Source of the DNA: Vicinamibacterales bacterium
Lineage (GTDB): Bacteria > Acidobacteriota > Vicinamibacteria > Vicinamibacterales > JAMQPK01
Direction of reading: 5' to 3'
DNA: 64,000 bases
Assembly (NCBI GenBank): GCA_963775345.1
Contig: CAVZIS010000002.1
Location: 44,179 to 108,178, forward strand
The notes under the pieces are model-generated. The model saw only the letters and a program-made list of their open reading frames with translations, was not told where the DNA came from and searched no databases. Made by a program: the position numbers and the translations under genes. Shown piece after piece: positions 23,341-33,980 of the stretch. The number at the start of each line of letters is the position of its first letter. The first letter of the stretch is position 1.

Positions 23341-24734
23341 CGCGCGGCCTCCGCATCCAACCTCGAGTCCGGGTTCAGCCGGACCTTTGTCCCATCGGGA
23401 CTCGCCTCGGGCACGAGCGTCCGCATCTCGAAGATCGAAATCATCGGAAGGAAGCGCAGGAACAGAAACAACAGCGCCAGGAACAGTCCGATCGTGCCGA
23501 TGTATGTGCCCCAGTCCCACATGGTCGGCATGTAGCGGCCCCACGAGGATGGCAGGAAGTCGCGATGCAGCGACGTCACGACGATGACGAAGCGCTCGAG
23601 CCACATGCCGACGTTGACGATCAAGGAGATGACGAAAAGCAGCGCGACGTTGGTCCGGATCCTCTTCACCCAGAGGAACTGCGGTGTCAGCACGTTGCAG
23701 AAGAGAAGCGCCCAGTACACCGGACCGTACGGCCCGGTCATACGGTTGCGCATCATGTAGACCTCGTACGTATTGGCGCTGTACCAGGCGGTGAACGCCT
23801 CGATCATGTAGCCATAGGCGACGATGAGCCCCGTCACCAGCAGAATCTTCGCCATGTTGTTCAGGTGCCGCTCGGTGATGAAGTCCTGGAGCCCGTAGAC
23901 GGTCCGGATCGGAATCGCCAGCGTCAGCACCATGGCGAATCCCGAATAGATGGCGCCCGCGACGAAATACGGCGGAAAGATCGTTGCGTGCCATCCGGGA
24001 ATCACCGAGATGGCGAAGTCGAAACTCACGATCGTGTGGACCGAGACAACCAGTGGCGTCGCGAGACCAGCCAGCAGGAGATACGCCGTCTCATACCGGT
24101 GCCAGTGATGCGCCGACCCACGCCAGCCCATCGCGAGAGCCCCGTAGATGACGCGTCCGGCTCTCGACTCGGACCGATCCCGCAAGGTGGCCAGATCGGG
24201 AATGAGGCCCACGAACCAGAACAGCAGCGAAACGGTCGCGTAGGTCGATACCGCAAACACGTCCCACACCAGTGGACTGCGGAACTGCGGCCACACGTCC
24301 ATCGTGTTGGGGTACGGGAACAGCCAGTGCGCCAGCCACGGGCGTCCCAGGTGTGCGATGGGGAAGAGGCCGGCGCAGGCCACCGCAAACAGCGTCATCG
24401 CTTCGGCGAAGCGGTTGATCGAGGTACGCCATGTCTGCTTGAAAAGCAGAAGAATCGCCGAGATGAGCGTGCCGGCGTGGCCAATCCCAATCCACCAGAC
24501 GAAGTTGACGATGGCGAAGCCCCACGCGACCGGATGGTTGATACCCCAGATGCCGACGCCGGTCGCGACCAGGTAGGCGAGCGACATCAGGAGAACGTTC
24601 GCGAGCGCAAAGGCGATGGCGAAGCCGAACCACCAGCCCAGCGGCGTCTTTCTCGTCAGAACGATCGCACTGATCTTGTCGGTGACGGTCGAGAACGTAT
24701 GCCCGGGCGCGATGACCGGCGGTGTGCGATTCAC
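23337..24734 (-). CDS. actC: alternative complex III quinol-interacting membrane subunit ActC (NrfD/PsrC-like)
   Basis: Intact ORF. The GTG at 24734 overlaps the actB stop (GTGA). About ten TM helices, with [23 protein letters not shown]. Confidence 0.9.
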   Translation of the reverse strand: MNRTPPVIAPGHTFSTVTDKISAIVLTRKTPLGWWFGFAIAFALANVLLMSLAYLVATGVGIWGINHPVAWGFAIVNFVWWIGIGHAGTLISAILLLFKQTWRTSINRFAEAMTLFAVACAGLFPIAHLGRPWLAHWLFPYPNTMDVWPQFRSPLVWDVFAVSTYATVSLLFWFVGLIPDLATLRDRSESRAGRVIYGALAMGWRGSAHHWHRYETAYLLLAGLATPLVVSVHTIVSFDFAISVIPGWHATIFPPYFVAGAIYSGFAMVLTLAIPIRTVYGLQDFITERHLNNMAKILLVTGLIVAYGYMIEAFTAWYSANTYEVYMMRNRMTGPYGPVYWALLFCNVLTPQFLWVKRIRTNVALLFVISLIVNVGMWLERFVIVVTSLHRDFLPSSWGRYMPTMWDWGTYIGTIGLFLALLFLFLRFLPMISIFEMRTLVPEASPDGTKVRLNPDSRLDAEAAR

Positions 24735-27703
24735 TGTTTGTCCAGCTGTGGATTCGTGTCGGTGATCGCCGCGAGATAGGTCGTCCGCGGCCTGGTATTC
24801 AACTCGTGAAGGAGCGCATAGTCTCGCTGTTCGGCCTGAAGTCTCGACACCCGGCTGTTCGGATCGTTCAGGTTGCCGAACACGATGGCTTCGGCCGGGC
24901 AGACCGATTGACAGGCGGTCTTGACCTCGCCGTCCTGAATGACACGGCCCTCTCGTTCCGCCTGGATGCGTGCGGCGCTGATTCGCTGCACGCAGTACGT
25001 GCACTTTTCCATCACCCCGCGGCTGCGGACCGATACATCGGGATTGCGGCCAAGCTTGAGGCTCGGCGTGTCCCAGTCCTGATACTGGAGGAAGTTGAAG
25101 CGGCGGACCTTGTAGGGGCAGTTGTTGGAGCAGTATCGCGTCCCCACGCAGCGGTTGTAGACCATGTCGTTCAGCCCCTCGCTGCTGTGGGTGGTCGCTC
25201 CAACCGGACACACCGGCTCGCACGGCGCCGTTTCACAATGCATGCACGGAACAGGCTGGAAGTAGGTCTTCGGATTCTCGACCTCGCCCTGGTAATAACT
25301 GTCAACGCGGAGCCAGTGCATCTCGCGTCCGCGCATCACTTCCGCCTTCCCGACCACTGGGATGTTGTTTTCCGCCTGACAGGAGGCCACGCACGCATTG
25401 CACCCGGTACACGCGTTGAGATCGATCGACATCCCCCACTTGTAACCGCCGGCGCTCGCCTGCTCGGCGGTGAGGACGGGCCACAGGGAGGGAAGCTCGC
25501 GTTCGTCCTTCTTCAATGCCGGGAGCCCGGCACGCGGAACGACGCGAATGATGTCGCGCCCTTCCATCAAGTGGTGATATTGCACGCACGCGAGCGGCGA
25601 CGTGCCGCCGGTCAGAGAGATTTGCGCGCTCGTGCCGAAGGCCAGCGCGTCGGATGTTCTCAGCGCACCGGCGTTGAAGCCGCGATCGGCGCCAATACGG
25701 CCCGTGCGCGAGCGGCCGTACCCGAGGTGGAGGGTGGCGGCATCATCAGGGTGGCCGGCGATCGCAAACACTGCGCCTCGAATCGATCGTCCGCGATAGC
25801 GAACCTCCGCGACCGGTGCGTGAATCTGTCCGCGCTCGCCGCCGGTAAAGTCCGGCGTCGTCCGGCCACCAAGCCGCGCCAGCGTCGCCGGACTGACCAG
25901 TACGGCGTTGTCCCACGTGAGGTGCGTCAGCGGCTTGGGAAGCTCCTGCAACCATGCGTTGTTGTTGAAACGGCCGTCATGGACGGTGGGATCGACGCGG
26001 AATGCGATCTCGACGCCGGCCGCCGGCGCCGCAGGAGCCGTGCTGAACGCTGCAATTGACGCGGCGGGCCTGATCGAGCGCGCCGGAAGTGCGGTGTTCG
26101 CCATCACACCGTCGTGCACGGTGCGCCGCCAGAAGGTCTCGAATTCGCGGTCGGCAGCACCCAGCCTTTGTTGCCAGTGTTCCCGAACGACCTGATACGC
26201 CGACCGCTCCGGTCGATCGCTGAGTGTCGCGAGCACTTCGTGGGCCGAGCGCCCGCCATACAGCGGCGCGATCAGCGGCTGGACGATGGAGACGGTGCCG
26301 TCGAACGCTCGCGCGTCGCTCCAGGCCTCGAGAAAGTGCGCTTCCGGAATCTGCCAGTGCGAAATCGCCGACGTCTCGTTGGCGTGCAGGCTCAGGTGAA
26401 CGCGCACGCGAACCTTGCTCATGAGGTCTGCAAATCGCAAGTCGACCGGGGCGGTGTAGACCGGATTCCCCCCGAGGATGAGAAGGGCATCGACCTGTCC
26501 CGCCTCCATCGCCGAAGCGAGCTCGCGGATGGACTGCACGTGATCGACCGGATGCGACTCGATGGGGTCGGTGTAGAGAACTGTTTGGCCGGCGTTTCCA
26601 AGCGCTGCGTTCATCGCGTGGGCGAGCGCATGGACGACCGGCGGCTGCCCCTCGCCGGCGACGACCAGGCTCGAGCCGCGATGGCTGTTCAGGTCGTCGC
26701 GAACGGCTGCGATCCACGCCTGTGCTGTTGCAGGAAGGGGCACACCGCGATCGATTCCAGCCACGCCCAGATCGGCCGCGAGCGCGCGGGCGAGCGACTC
26801 AATCTGGCTGGGCCTGAGTGGCAGCCGGTGGTCCGCCTTCGCGCCAGTCGGCGTGGGCAGTGTCTCGGCGCAATAGAGGCGGCACCCCGCGCCTTCGGGC
26901 CGCCGGCGCTGCGCGAACTGCCGCGCGTAGCGGAGATTGCCCGTGCCGCAGCTGAGGAAATCGGAGTCGAGCGAGACGATGACGGCGGCGTTTTCGATGT
27001 TGTAGTAGGTCGAGACGCTGGTGCCGGCAAACATGCGGAGACCCGCCGCGGCGTTCACCTCGCCGCCCGGATCCCACTGATGCCAGGTCGCCGCCGGATA
27101 ACGCGCAAGAATTTCATCGATTTGTGCGCCGAGTGAGGGGGAGCAAACGGTCTCGGTGAGAATGCGCAGTCCTGCCCCCTTTGTTGCCTGCTGTGCTGTC
27201 GCCATGGTGCGCATCGCGCCAAGGAACGAGGACCACGGAAGGATGTCTCCCCTGTCGGTCAGCGTCTGCATGCGATCGGGATCGTAGAGATCGAGCAGTG
27301 CGGCCTGCGCGAAGGCATCGGTCGCCCCAAGGCTCGCGGGATGCATCGGATTCCCTTCGATTTTCGTCGGGCGTCCTTCGTGGCTTTTCACAAGAAGACC
27401 TGTCGCGCGCCCGCCGAGCGTCATCGCGGTTGCATAAAAGAGCGGCCTGCCGGGAATGATGGTTTCCGGCTGGCGGGTATACGGAAGAATCTGCTCTGCG
27501 GGCTGGCGAGTGCAGCCGGTCATGCCGGCCAGGGCAAGCGAGGCGCCCATCAATTTCAGGAACGTCCGGCGCTCGACCTCATCGAACGACTGAGGCAGGC
27601 GCGAGGCAAATTCGTCGGCAATGAGGCCGCTGAGGTTCGCGCCGTTCCTTTCCGCGAGCGTCCGCCAGAACTCCAGAGGATTCCCGGGCTTCATCGATGA
27701 CAT
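24731..27703 (-). CDS. actB: alternative complex III subunit ActB (molybdopterin-like domain fused to 4Fe-4S domain)
   Basis: Intact 990-aa ORF with a Tat signal ([16 protein letters not shown]) and C-terminal ferredoxin-type clusters ([47 protein letters not shown]). Confidence 0.9.
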   Translation of the reverse strand: MSSMKPGNPLEFWRTLAERNGANLSGLIADEFASRLPQSFDEVERRTFLKLMGASLALAGMTGCTRQPAEQILPYTRQPETIIPGRPLFYATAMTLGGRATGLLVKSHEGRPTKIEGNPMHPASLGATDAFAQAALLDLYDPDRMQTLTDRGDILPWSSFLGAMRTMATAQQATKGAGLRILTETVCSPSLGAQIDEILARYPAATWHQWDPGGEVNAAAGLRMFAGTSVSTYYNIENAAVIVSLDSDFLSCGTGNLRYARQFAQRRRPEGAGCRLYCAETLPTPTGAKADHRLPLRPSQIESLARALAADLGVAGIDRGVPLPATAQAWIAAVRDDLNSHRGSSLVVAGEGQPPVVHALAHAMNAALGNAGQTVLYTDPIESHPVDHVQSIRELASAMEAGQVDALLILGGNPVYTAPVDLRFADLMSKVRVRVHLSLHANETSAISHWQIPEAHFLEAWSDARAFDGTVSIVQPLIAPLYGGRSAHEVLATLSDRPERSAYQVVREHWQQRLGAADREFETFWRRTVHDGVMANTALPARSIRPAASIAAFSTAPAAPAAGVEIAFRVDPTVHDGRFNNNAWLQELPKPLTHLTWDNAVLVSPATLARLGGRTTPDFTGGERGQIHAPVAEVRYRGRSIRGAVFAIAGHPDDAATLHLGYGRSRTGRIGADRGFNAGALRTSDALAFGTSAQISLTGGTSPLACVQYHHLMEGRDIIRVVPRAGLPALKKDERELPSLWPVLTAEQASAGGYKWGMSIDLNACTGCNACVASCQAENNIPVVGKAEVMRGREMHWLRVDSYYQGEVENPKTYFQPVPCMHCETAPCEPVCPVGATTHSSEGLNDMVYNRCVGTRYCSNNCPYKVRRFNFLQYQDWDTPSLKLGRNPDVSVRSRGVMEKCTYCVQRISAARIQAEREGRVIQDGEVKTACQSVCPAEAIVFGNLNDPNSRVSRLQAEQRDYALLHELNTRPRTTYLAAITDTNPQLDKQ

Positions 27704-28341
27704 GCGTTGCAGTCGGTCATTTTGCGGATCCGGTGTTTTTCGACGAGCGTCCGGCCCAGCTCGATCTGATTTTCGGGAGCGATGTAGCTCATGTTGAACA
27801 CCTCTTCACGCGGACGGAGGTAGCGCTCTGGGTGGCGATGACAATCGAGGCACCACTCCATCTGCAGCGAATGCTGCTTCCGCATCAGGGGCATCTTGTC
27901 CACCGGTCCGTGACAGGTAGAGCAGCCAACCCCTTTGGCGACATGAATGCTGTGGTCGAAGTACGCGAAATCGGGGAGATCGTGCACGCGCGTCCAGGCG
28001 ATCGGCGTGTCGTTTCGGAAGCTCTCGCGGACCGGCTCGAGGAACGGCGCGTTCGAGAAGATTTGTGAGTGGCAGTTCATGCACGTCCTGGTCGGCGGGA
28101 TTCCTGCGAACGCGGCTGTCTCGACCGTGGTATGGCAGTAGCGGCAGTCTATGCCGTTGCCCGCGACGTGACGTTCGTGGCTGAACTGGATTGGCTGCTC
28201 GCGGGCGACGTTCACCTGCGTGACCCACGGCGATCGATCGATTTGATAGGCGAGGTAGAGGAGGGCGGCGACGAAGAAGACAGCGCCGAAAATGCTTACC
28301 CGGGCAATCGTGTTCGCGCTGCGATGAAAAATCTGCGCCAT
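27691..28341 (-). CDS. actA: alternative complex III pentaheme cytochrome c subunit ActA
   Basis: Intact ORF with an N-terminal TM anchor and five CXXCH motifs (CRYCH, CMNCH, CSTCH, CLDCH, CNACH). The start is taken at MAQIFHRS. Confidence 0.9.
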   Translation of the reverse strand: MAQIFHRSANTIARVSIFGAVFFVAALLYLAYQIDRSPWVTQVNVAREQPIQFSHERHVAGNGIDCRYCHTTVETAAFAGIPPTRTCMNCHSQIFSNAPFLEPVRESFRNDTPIAWTRVHDLPDFAYFDHSIHVAKGVGCSTCHGPVDKMPLMRKQHSLQMEWCLDCHRHPERYLRPREEVFNMSYIAPENQIELGRTLVEKHRIRKMTDCNACHR

Positions 28342-28391
28342 ATTGCCGACGAACGTCCAGGACGGCAGCATATCACGTGGGGTGCAAGGGT

Positions 28392-28426
28392 CAGCTACTA
28401 GCTACCGGCTACCAGCTACCAGCTAG
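28392..28426. repeat. tandem heptamer repeat (YRGCTAC)n, five units
   Basis: cagctac tagctac cggctac cagctac cagctag lies in the divergent promoter gap between actA and the DUF1080 gene. Confidence 0.8.
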
Positions 28427-28466
28427 AGAGTATGATTAGCGGCACCACCTACACGAAAGGAACACC

Positions 28467-29114
28467 ATGCATCGCTTTCTCGTTGCCCACATTCTGTTTG
28501 CGACATCTGCCGTCGCGTTGGCGGGTGCACAGGCGCGCGACTCGGTGAATGTCCTGACCGCCCAGGAACAGAAGGACGGATTCGAGCTGCTGTTCAACGG
28601 CCACGATCTCTCGAAGTTCGACATGCCCGCCGGGCAGGAGAAGGTCTGGAAAGTGGTGAACGGCGTGATTCGGAACGAGCAAGCTGCACCCGGAGCGACT
28701 CTCTTGAGCAAAGAGGATTTCGCGAACTTCGTGCTGAAGGCCGAGTTCCGTGCCCACGCGGCCGTGAACTCCGCGCTCATGCTGCGCCAGGGCCGGCCGC
28801 AACCGGCGGGGTACGAGCTGCAGATTCGCGACAAGCTGCTCACGGATCGTACCGGTGGCAGTTATCTCACCGGGAGCATCGTGAACGTCCAGAACGCCCC
28901 CGAAGGCACGAAGATTCTTCCCGACCGATGGAATTCGTTCGAGGTCACCGTGAACGGAGACCACATCCTCGTGCTCTACAACGGCACGAAAGTCGTCGAC
29001 GTGCGCGACTCCCGGCGACAGTCGGGCGCAATCGGCCTGCAGTCGGCACATCCGGAAGATCCGGCAGGTGCGTTCGTCGAGTTTCGGAATCTGAAGATCA
29101 AGAGGTTGAAGTAG
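28467..29114 (+). CDS. DUF1080 (3-keto-disaccharide hydrolase-like) secreted protein
   Basis: Intact ORF with a signal peptide, LTAQEQKDGFELLFNGHDLSKF, NFVLKAEFR, NSFEVTVNGDHI and the C-terminal FRNLKIKRL, typical of the family. Confidence 0.8.
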   Translation: MHRFLVAHILFATSAVALAGAQARDSVNVLTAQEQKDGFELLFNGHDLSKFDMPAGQEKVWKVVNGVIRNEQAAPGATLLSKEDFANFVLKAEFRAHAAVNSALMLRQGRPQPAGYELQIRDKLLTDRTGGSYLTGSIVNVQNAPEGTKILPDRWNSFEVTVNGDHILVLYNGTKVVDVRDSRRQSGAIGLQSAHPEDPAGAFVEFRNLKIKRLK

Positions 29115-29865
29115 AGGTCTCGGTTGATCGACCGATTGCTTCGTCGAAGAGCACGACGGTGTTCTTGCCGCGTTTCTTCGCTTCGTACATCGCGGTATCG
29201 GCAGCACGCATGAGCGCAGTCGGGTCGGCCGGCATGCCGTCCTCGTCGGCGTCGTGAGTGGCGACGCCGATCGACGCCGTAAGTGGCCACGTCGAGACCT
29301 GACCGGCGATCTCCACGCGAACACGCTCCGCCAGCGTGAGCGCGGCCTCGCGTGACGTGCTGGGCGCGAGGATGGTGAATTCATCACCGCCCCACCTGGC
29401 GGCGACGTCGCTTTCGCGAAGTGCGGCCCGGATGACCCCGGCGACCTCCCGCAACGCCGCGCTCCCCGCCCGGTGACCCTCGCGATCGTTGATGACCTTC
29501 AGCCCATCGAGATCGAGGAAGAGCAGCGTAAGTGGCTCATGGTAGCGCTTCGAGCGCTTGATTTCCGAGCGGAGCCTCGCGGCAAAACCCCGGGCGTTGA
29601 GCAGGCCCGTGAGCGCGTCGGTCTCCGAGAGCGATGCCAGCTGGTCCACCCGCCGTCCAAGGATGTAGCCGAACAGCGCAAAGAGAATGGCGGTTGCCCC
29701 GCCGAGATACATGTACGCCGCGTGATCGATCGGCAGCTCGGTCGTGGCCTGGCCCCGCGAAGAGGGCTCCTCGGACTTGTTCCTCAGGCGCATGCCCAAT
29801 AGTCCGGCGGGCGCGCTGGACGACAGAAGGCCAGCTGTCAGGGCATACCTAAATCGGCGCTGCAT
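29098..29865 (-). CDS. membrane-anchored diguanylate cyclase (GGDEF)
   Basis: Intact ORF with two N-terminal TM segments, DALTGLLNARGF, LLFLDLDGLKVINDREGH and the GGDEF active site (RWGGDEFTIL). It sits 42 nt downstream of the FtsZ-like gene. Confidence 0.85.
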   Translation of the reverse strand: MQRRFRYALTAGLLSSSAPAGLLGMRLRNKSEEPSSRGQATTELPIDHAAYMYLGGATAILFALFGYILGRRVDQLASLSETDALTGLLNARGFAARLRSEIKRSKRYHEPLTLLFLDLDGLKVINDREGHRAGSAALREVAGVIRAALRESDVAARWGGDEFTILAPSTSREAALTLAERVRVEIAGQVSTWPLTASIGVATHDADEDGMPADPTALMRAADTAMYEAKKRGKNTVVLFDEAIGRSTETSTSTS

Positions 29866-29907
29866 GGGTCTCCATGATAATGCAAGGTACATACCGAGAC
29901 AGGGCGA

Positions 29908-31500
29908 CTACGTTCGAAATCCGTGAAGGAGACCTGAAAGCCGCGACGGTTCGCGTGCCTGGACGCTATCCGCGAACCGGAATCGGCTCAGAGTGTCTGG
30001 TCCCCACAGGTTTCCGACCGCCAGCATCAGTCGAAGATCCCCGCGGATGCCATCAGCGACAGACGCCTTGGAAAATATTTCCTTGAGCTGTGCAAATTTT
30101 ATCTCGCTCAACTGCACGTCGTGACGTCCGATTCTGAGCGTATGGTTGGGAAACGTGGTGCTTTCGACGAGCACCCCGAGGATCCGTTCGCGCCATGCCT
30201 CCGAAAATCTGGGAAACACCGATCGAAACCATGGTGTACCGAGCAGTTTCTTGATCTCCGTTCCATCGATCGTCACCCTCCCCTCGGCTCCGTCCTGCGC
30301 GACGGCGAGCGCGGCCGGATCCGACCGGTTGAGCGCCAACGCCAGGTCCCACAATGTCGGGAACGCGGACGGGATGTCCGGCCTCTGCTGGTCGGCCACT
30401 GGCCGGTCTGCCACCAGGTCGCTTGAAGGCTCTTCGTCCACGAGCAATGCCGGATGATCACACGCGATTTCGGGCTCCAGATTCCAGCGTATGTCGATCG
30501 GCTCATGGTTCCCGGTGTATTCGGCGAAGAGCGCGGTGACGCCCCATGGCCTCGGCATGTGAAACGCACGGGCGTAGAGCGGATTGTAAGGACTCGAATC
30601 AGCGCCCACCGCACGCGCTGCCAGCCGTCCCTTGATTTTTGCGTCCACGACGTTAGACCACTGGCCCTGAATGCAGATCAGCGATGTGCCGGGAGGCCTG
30701 CTGAAGCTGCAGAACGGATTGTCCCAGCATTCGGTCACCGCCTGTTCTATCTGCTCGTCGACGGGTTCGGCATCAGGCGATGGGTCGATCTCTGAGAATC
30801 CAATCCGCATCCGGCCGTGTCCGGCGAAAAGAGACGACAGATCCGAAGCATCGACTTGGGAAAGATCCCACAGGACGTACAGGAGACCGCGCAATGCCCG
30901 CGCGATCGGCACGTTCATTCGCTCCCACACGACCGATTGGGGCTGTGGATCTGACTCGACGTACCCCCGGTCGTTGAGAATCTCGATGAACCTGATATTC
31001 GCCGCGTCCAGCTGACGGCCGATGGTCAACGCGTGATCGAAGCGACGTTTCTCCACTTCGTGCCGATCGAACGATGGCCGGACGAACACAGGGATGACGA
31101 GCTTCTTCTGCTGGCGGGCAGCGAGCGTCACTGGGACGATCGTTCCGGCGCCCGTGCCCTTGCCGCCCGTCGCAATCACAATGACTACCGTGTACCCGCT
31201 GATGAGCGCCTCGATCTCGCGTCGCGATTCGTCGAAAGCGCGCTGCGCTACCTCCGGATCGTGCCTGGAGCCCAGGTGGCCCGTCGTCCGCGCGCCGATC
31301 AGCAGGCGGTCCTCTTGCGGGATATCCATCAGCGAGAACTGGTTCGTGTCGAGAAACCGGGTGGCGACCGATTGTCTCAACCGTTCTGTATACATCGCGT
31401 CTGTCTTCTGAGAGACGACGAGATCGCGATGGAACAGCGTCTTCACCGACCGCAGGATGTTGCCCCCGCCTCCGCCAAGGCTCATGAGAAGAATGTTCAC
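29908..31500 (-). CDS. divergent FtsZ/tubulin-superfamily GTPase with a roughly 200-aa C-terminal extension
   Basis: Intact 530-aa ORF. NILLMSLGGGGGNIL resembles FtsZ IGVGGGGxNA. IATGGKGTGAGTIVPV resembles the tubulin signature GGGTGTG. IPVFVRPSFDRHE resembles VVTKPFxFEG. SQVDASDLSSLF resembles the T7 region NVDFADV. The GTG start has GGAGG 7 nt upstream. Confidence 0.65.
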   Translation of the reverse strand: MNILLMSLGGGGGNILRSVKTLFHRDLVVSQKTDAMYTERLRQSVATRFLDTNQFSLMDIPQEDRLLIGARTTGHLGSRHDPEVAQRAFDESRREIEALISGYTVVIVIATGGKGTGAGTIVPVTLAARQQKKLVIPVFVRPSFDRHEVEKRRFDHALTIGRQLDAANIRFIEILNDRGYVESDPQPQSVVWERMNVPIARALRGLLYVLWDLSQVDASDLSSLFAGHGRMRIGFSEIDPSPDAEPVDEQIEQAVTECWDNPFCSFSRPPGTSLICIQGQWSNVVDAKIKGRLAARAVGADSSPYNPLYARAFHMPRPWGVTALFAEYTGNHEPIDIRWNLEPEIACDHPALLVDEEPSSDLVADRPVADQQRPDIPSAFPTLWDLALALNRSDPAALAVAQDGAEGRVTIDGTEIKKLLGTPWFRSVFPRFSEAWRERILGVLVESTTFPNHTLRIGRHDVQLSEIKFAQLKEIFSKASVADGIRGDLRLMLAVGNLWGPDTLSRFRFADSVQAREPSRLSGLLHGFRT

Positions 31501-31512
31501 GCCCGTTCCTCC

Positions 31513-32289
31513 TTACTCGAGGCTTCCCTCGAGACGAAATGGGATGACGACCCACGTTCCACGCATGCCGAGCCGACCGGTGACAACTCGCCCTTCGCCG
31601 AGCAGCGTCACGATTCTTTCAACGTCGTACTCCACGTTCCTGCGATGATCCGAGAGGTTTGGATAATGCCAGCCGTCGTTCGGTGCGAGCAGGATCTCGA
31701 CTTCCCCGCGTTGCGGGACGATTCGCAAACGTGAGCGAACCGGAGACTCGACGCTCGGGTCCTGCAGCAAGGGGCGCTCGAATTCGCGAATGAATGCCAT
31801 GCCGAACCGTTCGAGCGCGCGCGATGTCGCGTGTCTTCTGTCCAGAAAGTTCTGTGTTGCGATCCATGCCAGCGTGGCCGCGAAGAACAGGATCGGTATC
31901 CACCACCACCGCAGAATCAACGGCCTCGCACTGGCCGGAGCCCCGACTGCCATTTGACTCATCGATGGCACAGCGCCAGGCAATGGCTCGACGATGCAGG
32001 CCTGCCAGCCGGGCTCGATGTGTGCGTACCGCCGCTTGGGAACGAGCGCGCCCCTCGATGGATCGAGAATCTGGAACCAGGGCGCGTCAACGCTCCGCGC
32101 ATCGTTGGTCAGACGAAGCGCGATTCGCACTGCTGTATCGCCGCGCTGGATCGTGTAGCACCTGAATCCGGGCGCGGCCGAAGCAAGGCTCGCGCAGGCG
32201 GCGGCCGCAGACATGAGCGCGATGACACACACCAATGGTCTGAGCATCGGTCGCAGCAAAAGAGCGCTGATGTCCAACCCTCGTGCCAT
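31513..32289 (-). CDS. membrane protein with extracytoplasmic LysM-like motif and cytoplasmic C-terminal domain
   Basis: Intact 258-aa ORF with a signal/TM N-terminus, the LysM-like YTIQRGDTAVRIALRL, an internal TM helix (LILRWWWIPILFFAATLAWIA) and a tail of about 95 aa. Its stop is 12 nt upstream of the FtsZ-like start. Confidence 0.5.
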   Translation of the reverse strand: MARGLDISALLLRPMLRPLVCVIALMSAAAACASLASAAPGFRCYTIQRGDTAVRIALRLTNDARSVDAPWFQILDPSRGALVPKRRYAHIEPGWQACIVEPLPGAVPSMSQMAVGAPASARPLILRWWWIPILFFAATLAWIATQNFLDRRHATSRALERFGMAFIREFERPLLQDPSVESPVRSRLRIVPQRGEVEILLAPNDGWHYPNLSDHRRNVEYDVERIVTLLGEGRVVTGRLGMRGTWVVIPFRLEGSLE

Positions 32290-32408
32290 CGGTAATCGAG
32301 GTTTTTTGGCGGCTCCTGTGCGGATCTGGCCTGTGTTCTGGTCTATTGCCGTCCCTTTGAGATGACGAGGCGGGGGCGTTGTTCGCTTTTCCGGGCGAAG
32401 TCTGAACG

Positions 32409-33921
32409 ATGTTCATGGCGCTGGCCCCTCCAGCGCCCAACTGGGAGGTCTGCATGGTGGGTGTGCCTCGGCTCATTCGATCGATCCTGTTCACATGGGA
32501 GTTCCTTTTCATCAGCGGCTTTGCGCAGGCGGCAACGCTTCCAGTGGGTTTCCAGGAGACTCTGCTCGCTTCGGGATTGAGTCGTCCCACGGCCATGGCG
32601 TTTGCGCCCGACGGGCGGCTGTTTGTGTGCGAGCAGGGCGGAGCCGTCCGCGTCATCAAGAACGGCTCGTTGCTCGCGACTCCGTTTCACACGCTCACCG
32701 TCAGTTCCATCGGCGAACGCGGACTGTTGGGGATCGCCTTCGATCCGAACTTTCAGACCAACCGCTTTATCTACCTGTATTACACGGCGACGAGCCCGGC
32801 CATTCACAATCGTCTCAGCCGCTTCACGGCCAACGGCGATGTGGTCGTTCCAGCGAGCGAGCTGGTCCTTCTCGATCTGGAAACGCTCAGTGCGACCAAT
32901 CACAACGGCGGGGCGATTCATTTCGGCGCGGACGGCAAACTGTACGTGGCCACAGGGGAGAATGCCGTCTCCTCCAACGCGCAGAGCATGACCAGCCGGC
33001 TCGGGAAGATTCTGCGCATCAATTCCAATGGGACCATTCCGACCGACAACCCGTTCTTCACCACCGCGACAGGCGTCTACCGATTCGATCTGGGCGCTCG
33101 GGCTGCGCAATCCGTTTACCTTCGCGGTTCACCCTATCGATGGAACGCTTTTCATCAACGACGTCGGAGAACTGTCGTGGGAGGAAATCAACCAGGGGGT
33201 CGCTGGGGCGAACTACGGGTGGCCGACGACCGAAGGACCTACCACCGATCCGCGGTTCCGGAGCCCCTTGTATGCGTACGACCATTCAGATGGTTGTGCC
33301 ATCGCCGGAGGCGCCTTCCATAACCTGGTGACGCCGCAGTTTCCGTTCAAGTATTGGGGTGGCTACTTCTTTGCTGATTTCTGCGGCGGATGGATCCAAT
33401 GGCGTAAGCCAGACGGCGTCGTCTCGGATTTCGCTTCGGGAATTTCGCAGCCGGTGGATCTTCAATTCGGGAGTGATGGCGCGCTCTACTACCTGGCTCG
33501 TGGCACAAGCACAACGTCCGGCCTGGTGCGTCGAATTTCGTACACCAACAATCCACCGTCAATTGATGTCAGAGTCAACGGCGGCAACGGTCCAGTCGTT
33601 CTCACTGCGGGCCAGTCGCTGAACGTTTCACTTACCTTCGATGCGGGTCCGTCCGGCGTCCTGAATTCTGCGGAGATGTACGTCGGGTTGCTCACGCCAT
33701 CCGGCTTTTTCTGGGTCGATCCCACGCAGGGTCTCGTCCAGACGCTCGCGCGAGCCCATGTCGGGCCAATGGGGACGTTTGGTCCGTCGACGTTGATCAA
33801 CATTCCGGATGTCGCAGGGCTCACGCCTGGAGGCTACGCGTGGATTGTCCTCATCGACGATGATCAGGATGGAGCACTCAACGGAGACTTCTCCGACGTC
33901 GTCGTCACCGTGGTGGAATGA
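32409..33921 (+). CDS. PQQ-dependent sugar (glucose/sorbosone) dehydrogenase-like beta-propeller protein (frame switch near 33080)
   Basis: RPTAMAFAPDGRLFVCEQGGAVRVI, GERGLLGIAFDPNF, HNGGAIHFGADGKLYVATGE and SRLGKILRI are in ORF 32409-33323. WALGLRNPFTFAVHP, EINQGVAGANYGWP and CAIAGGAF are in ORF 33028-33921. The signal peptide probably starts at M 32454. Confidence 0.8.
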
Positions 33922-33980
33922 CGACAGAACATGTCATAATGATCACGCTCATTCTGCCGAACTCCCGTAATTTCTGAGGC

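Noticed and set aside
23565-24779. 404-aa plus-strand ORF
   Set aside because: It is antisense to the intact actC and its composition is dominated by Arg/Asp/Gly/Pro.
24722-27136. Long plus-strand ORFs (24722-26059, 445 aa; 26114-27136, 340 aa)
   Set aside because: They are antisense to the intact actB, whose Tat signal and Fe-S motifs are unambiguous. They are typical high-GC shadow ORFs.
30773-31734. ORFs 30773-31555 (minus) and 31033-31734 (plus) overlapping the FtsZ-like gene
   Set aside because: They are an alternative frame or antisense to an intact ORF that carries G-box and tubulin-signature motifs. They are Arg/Pro-rich.
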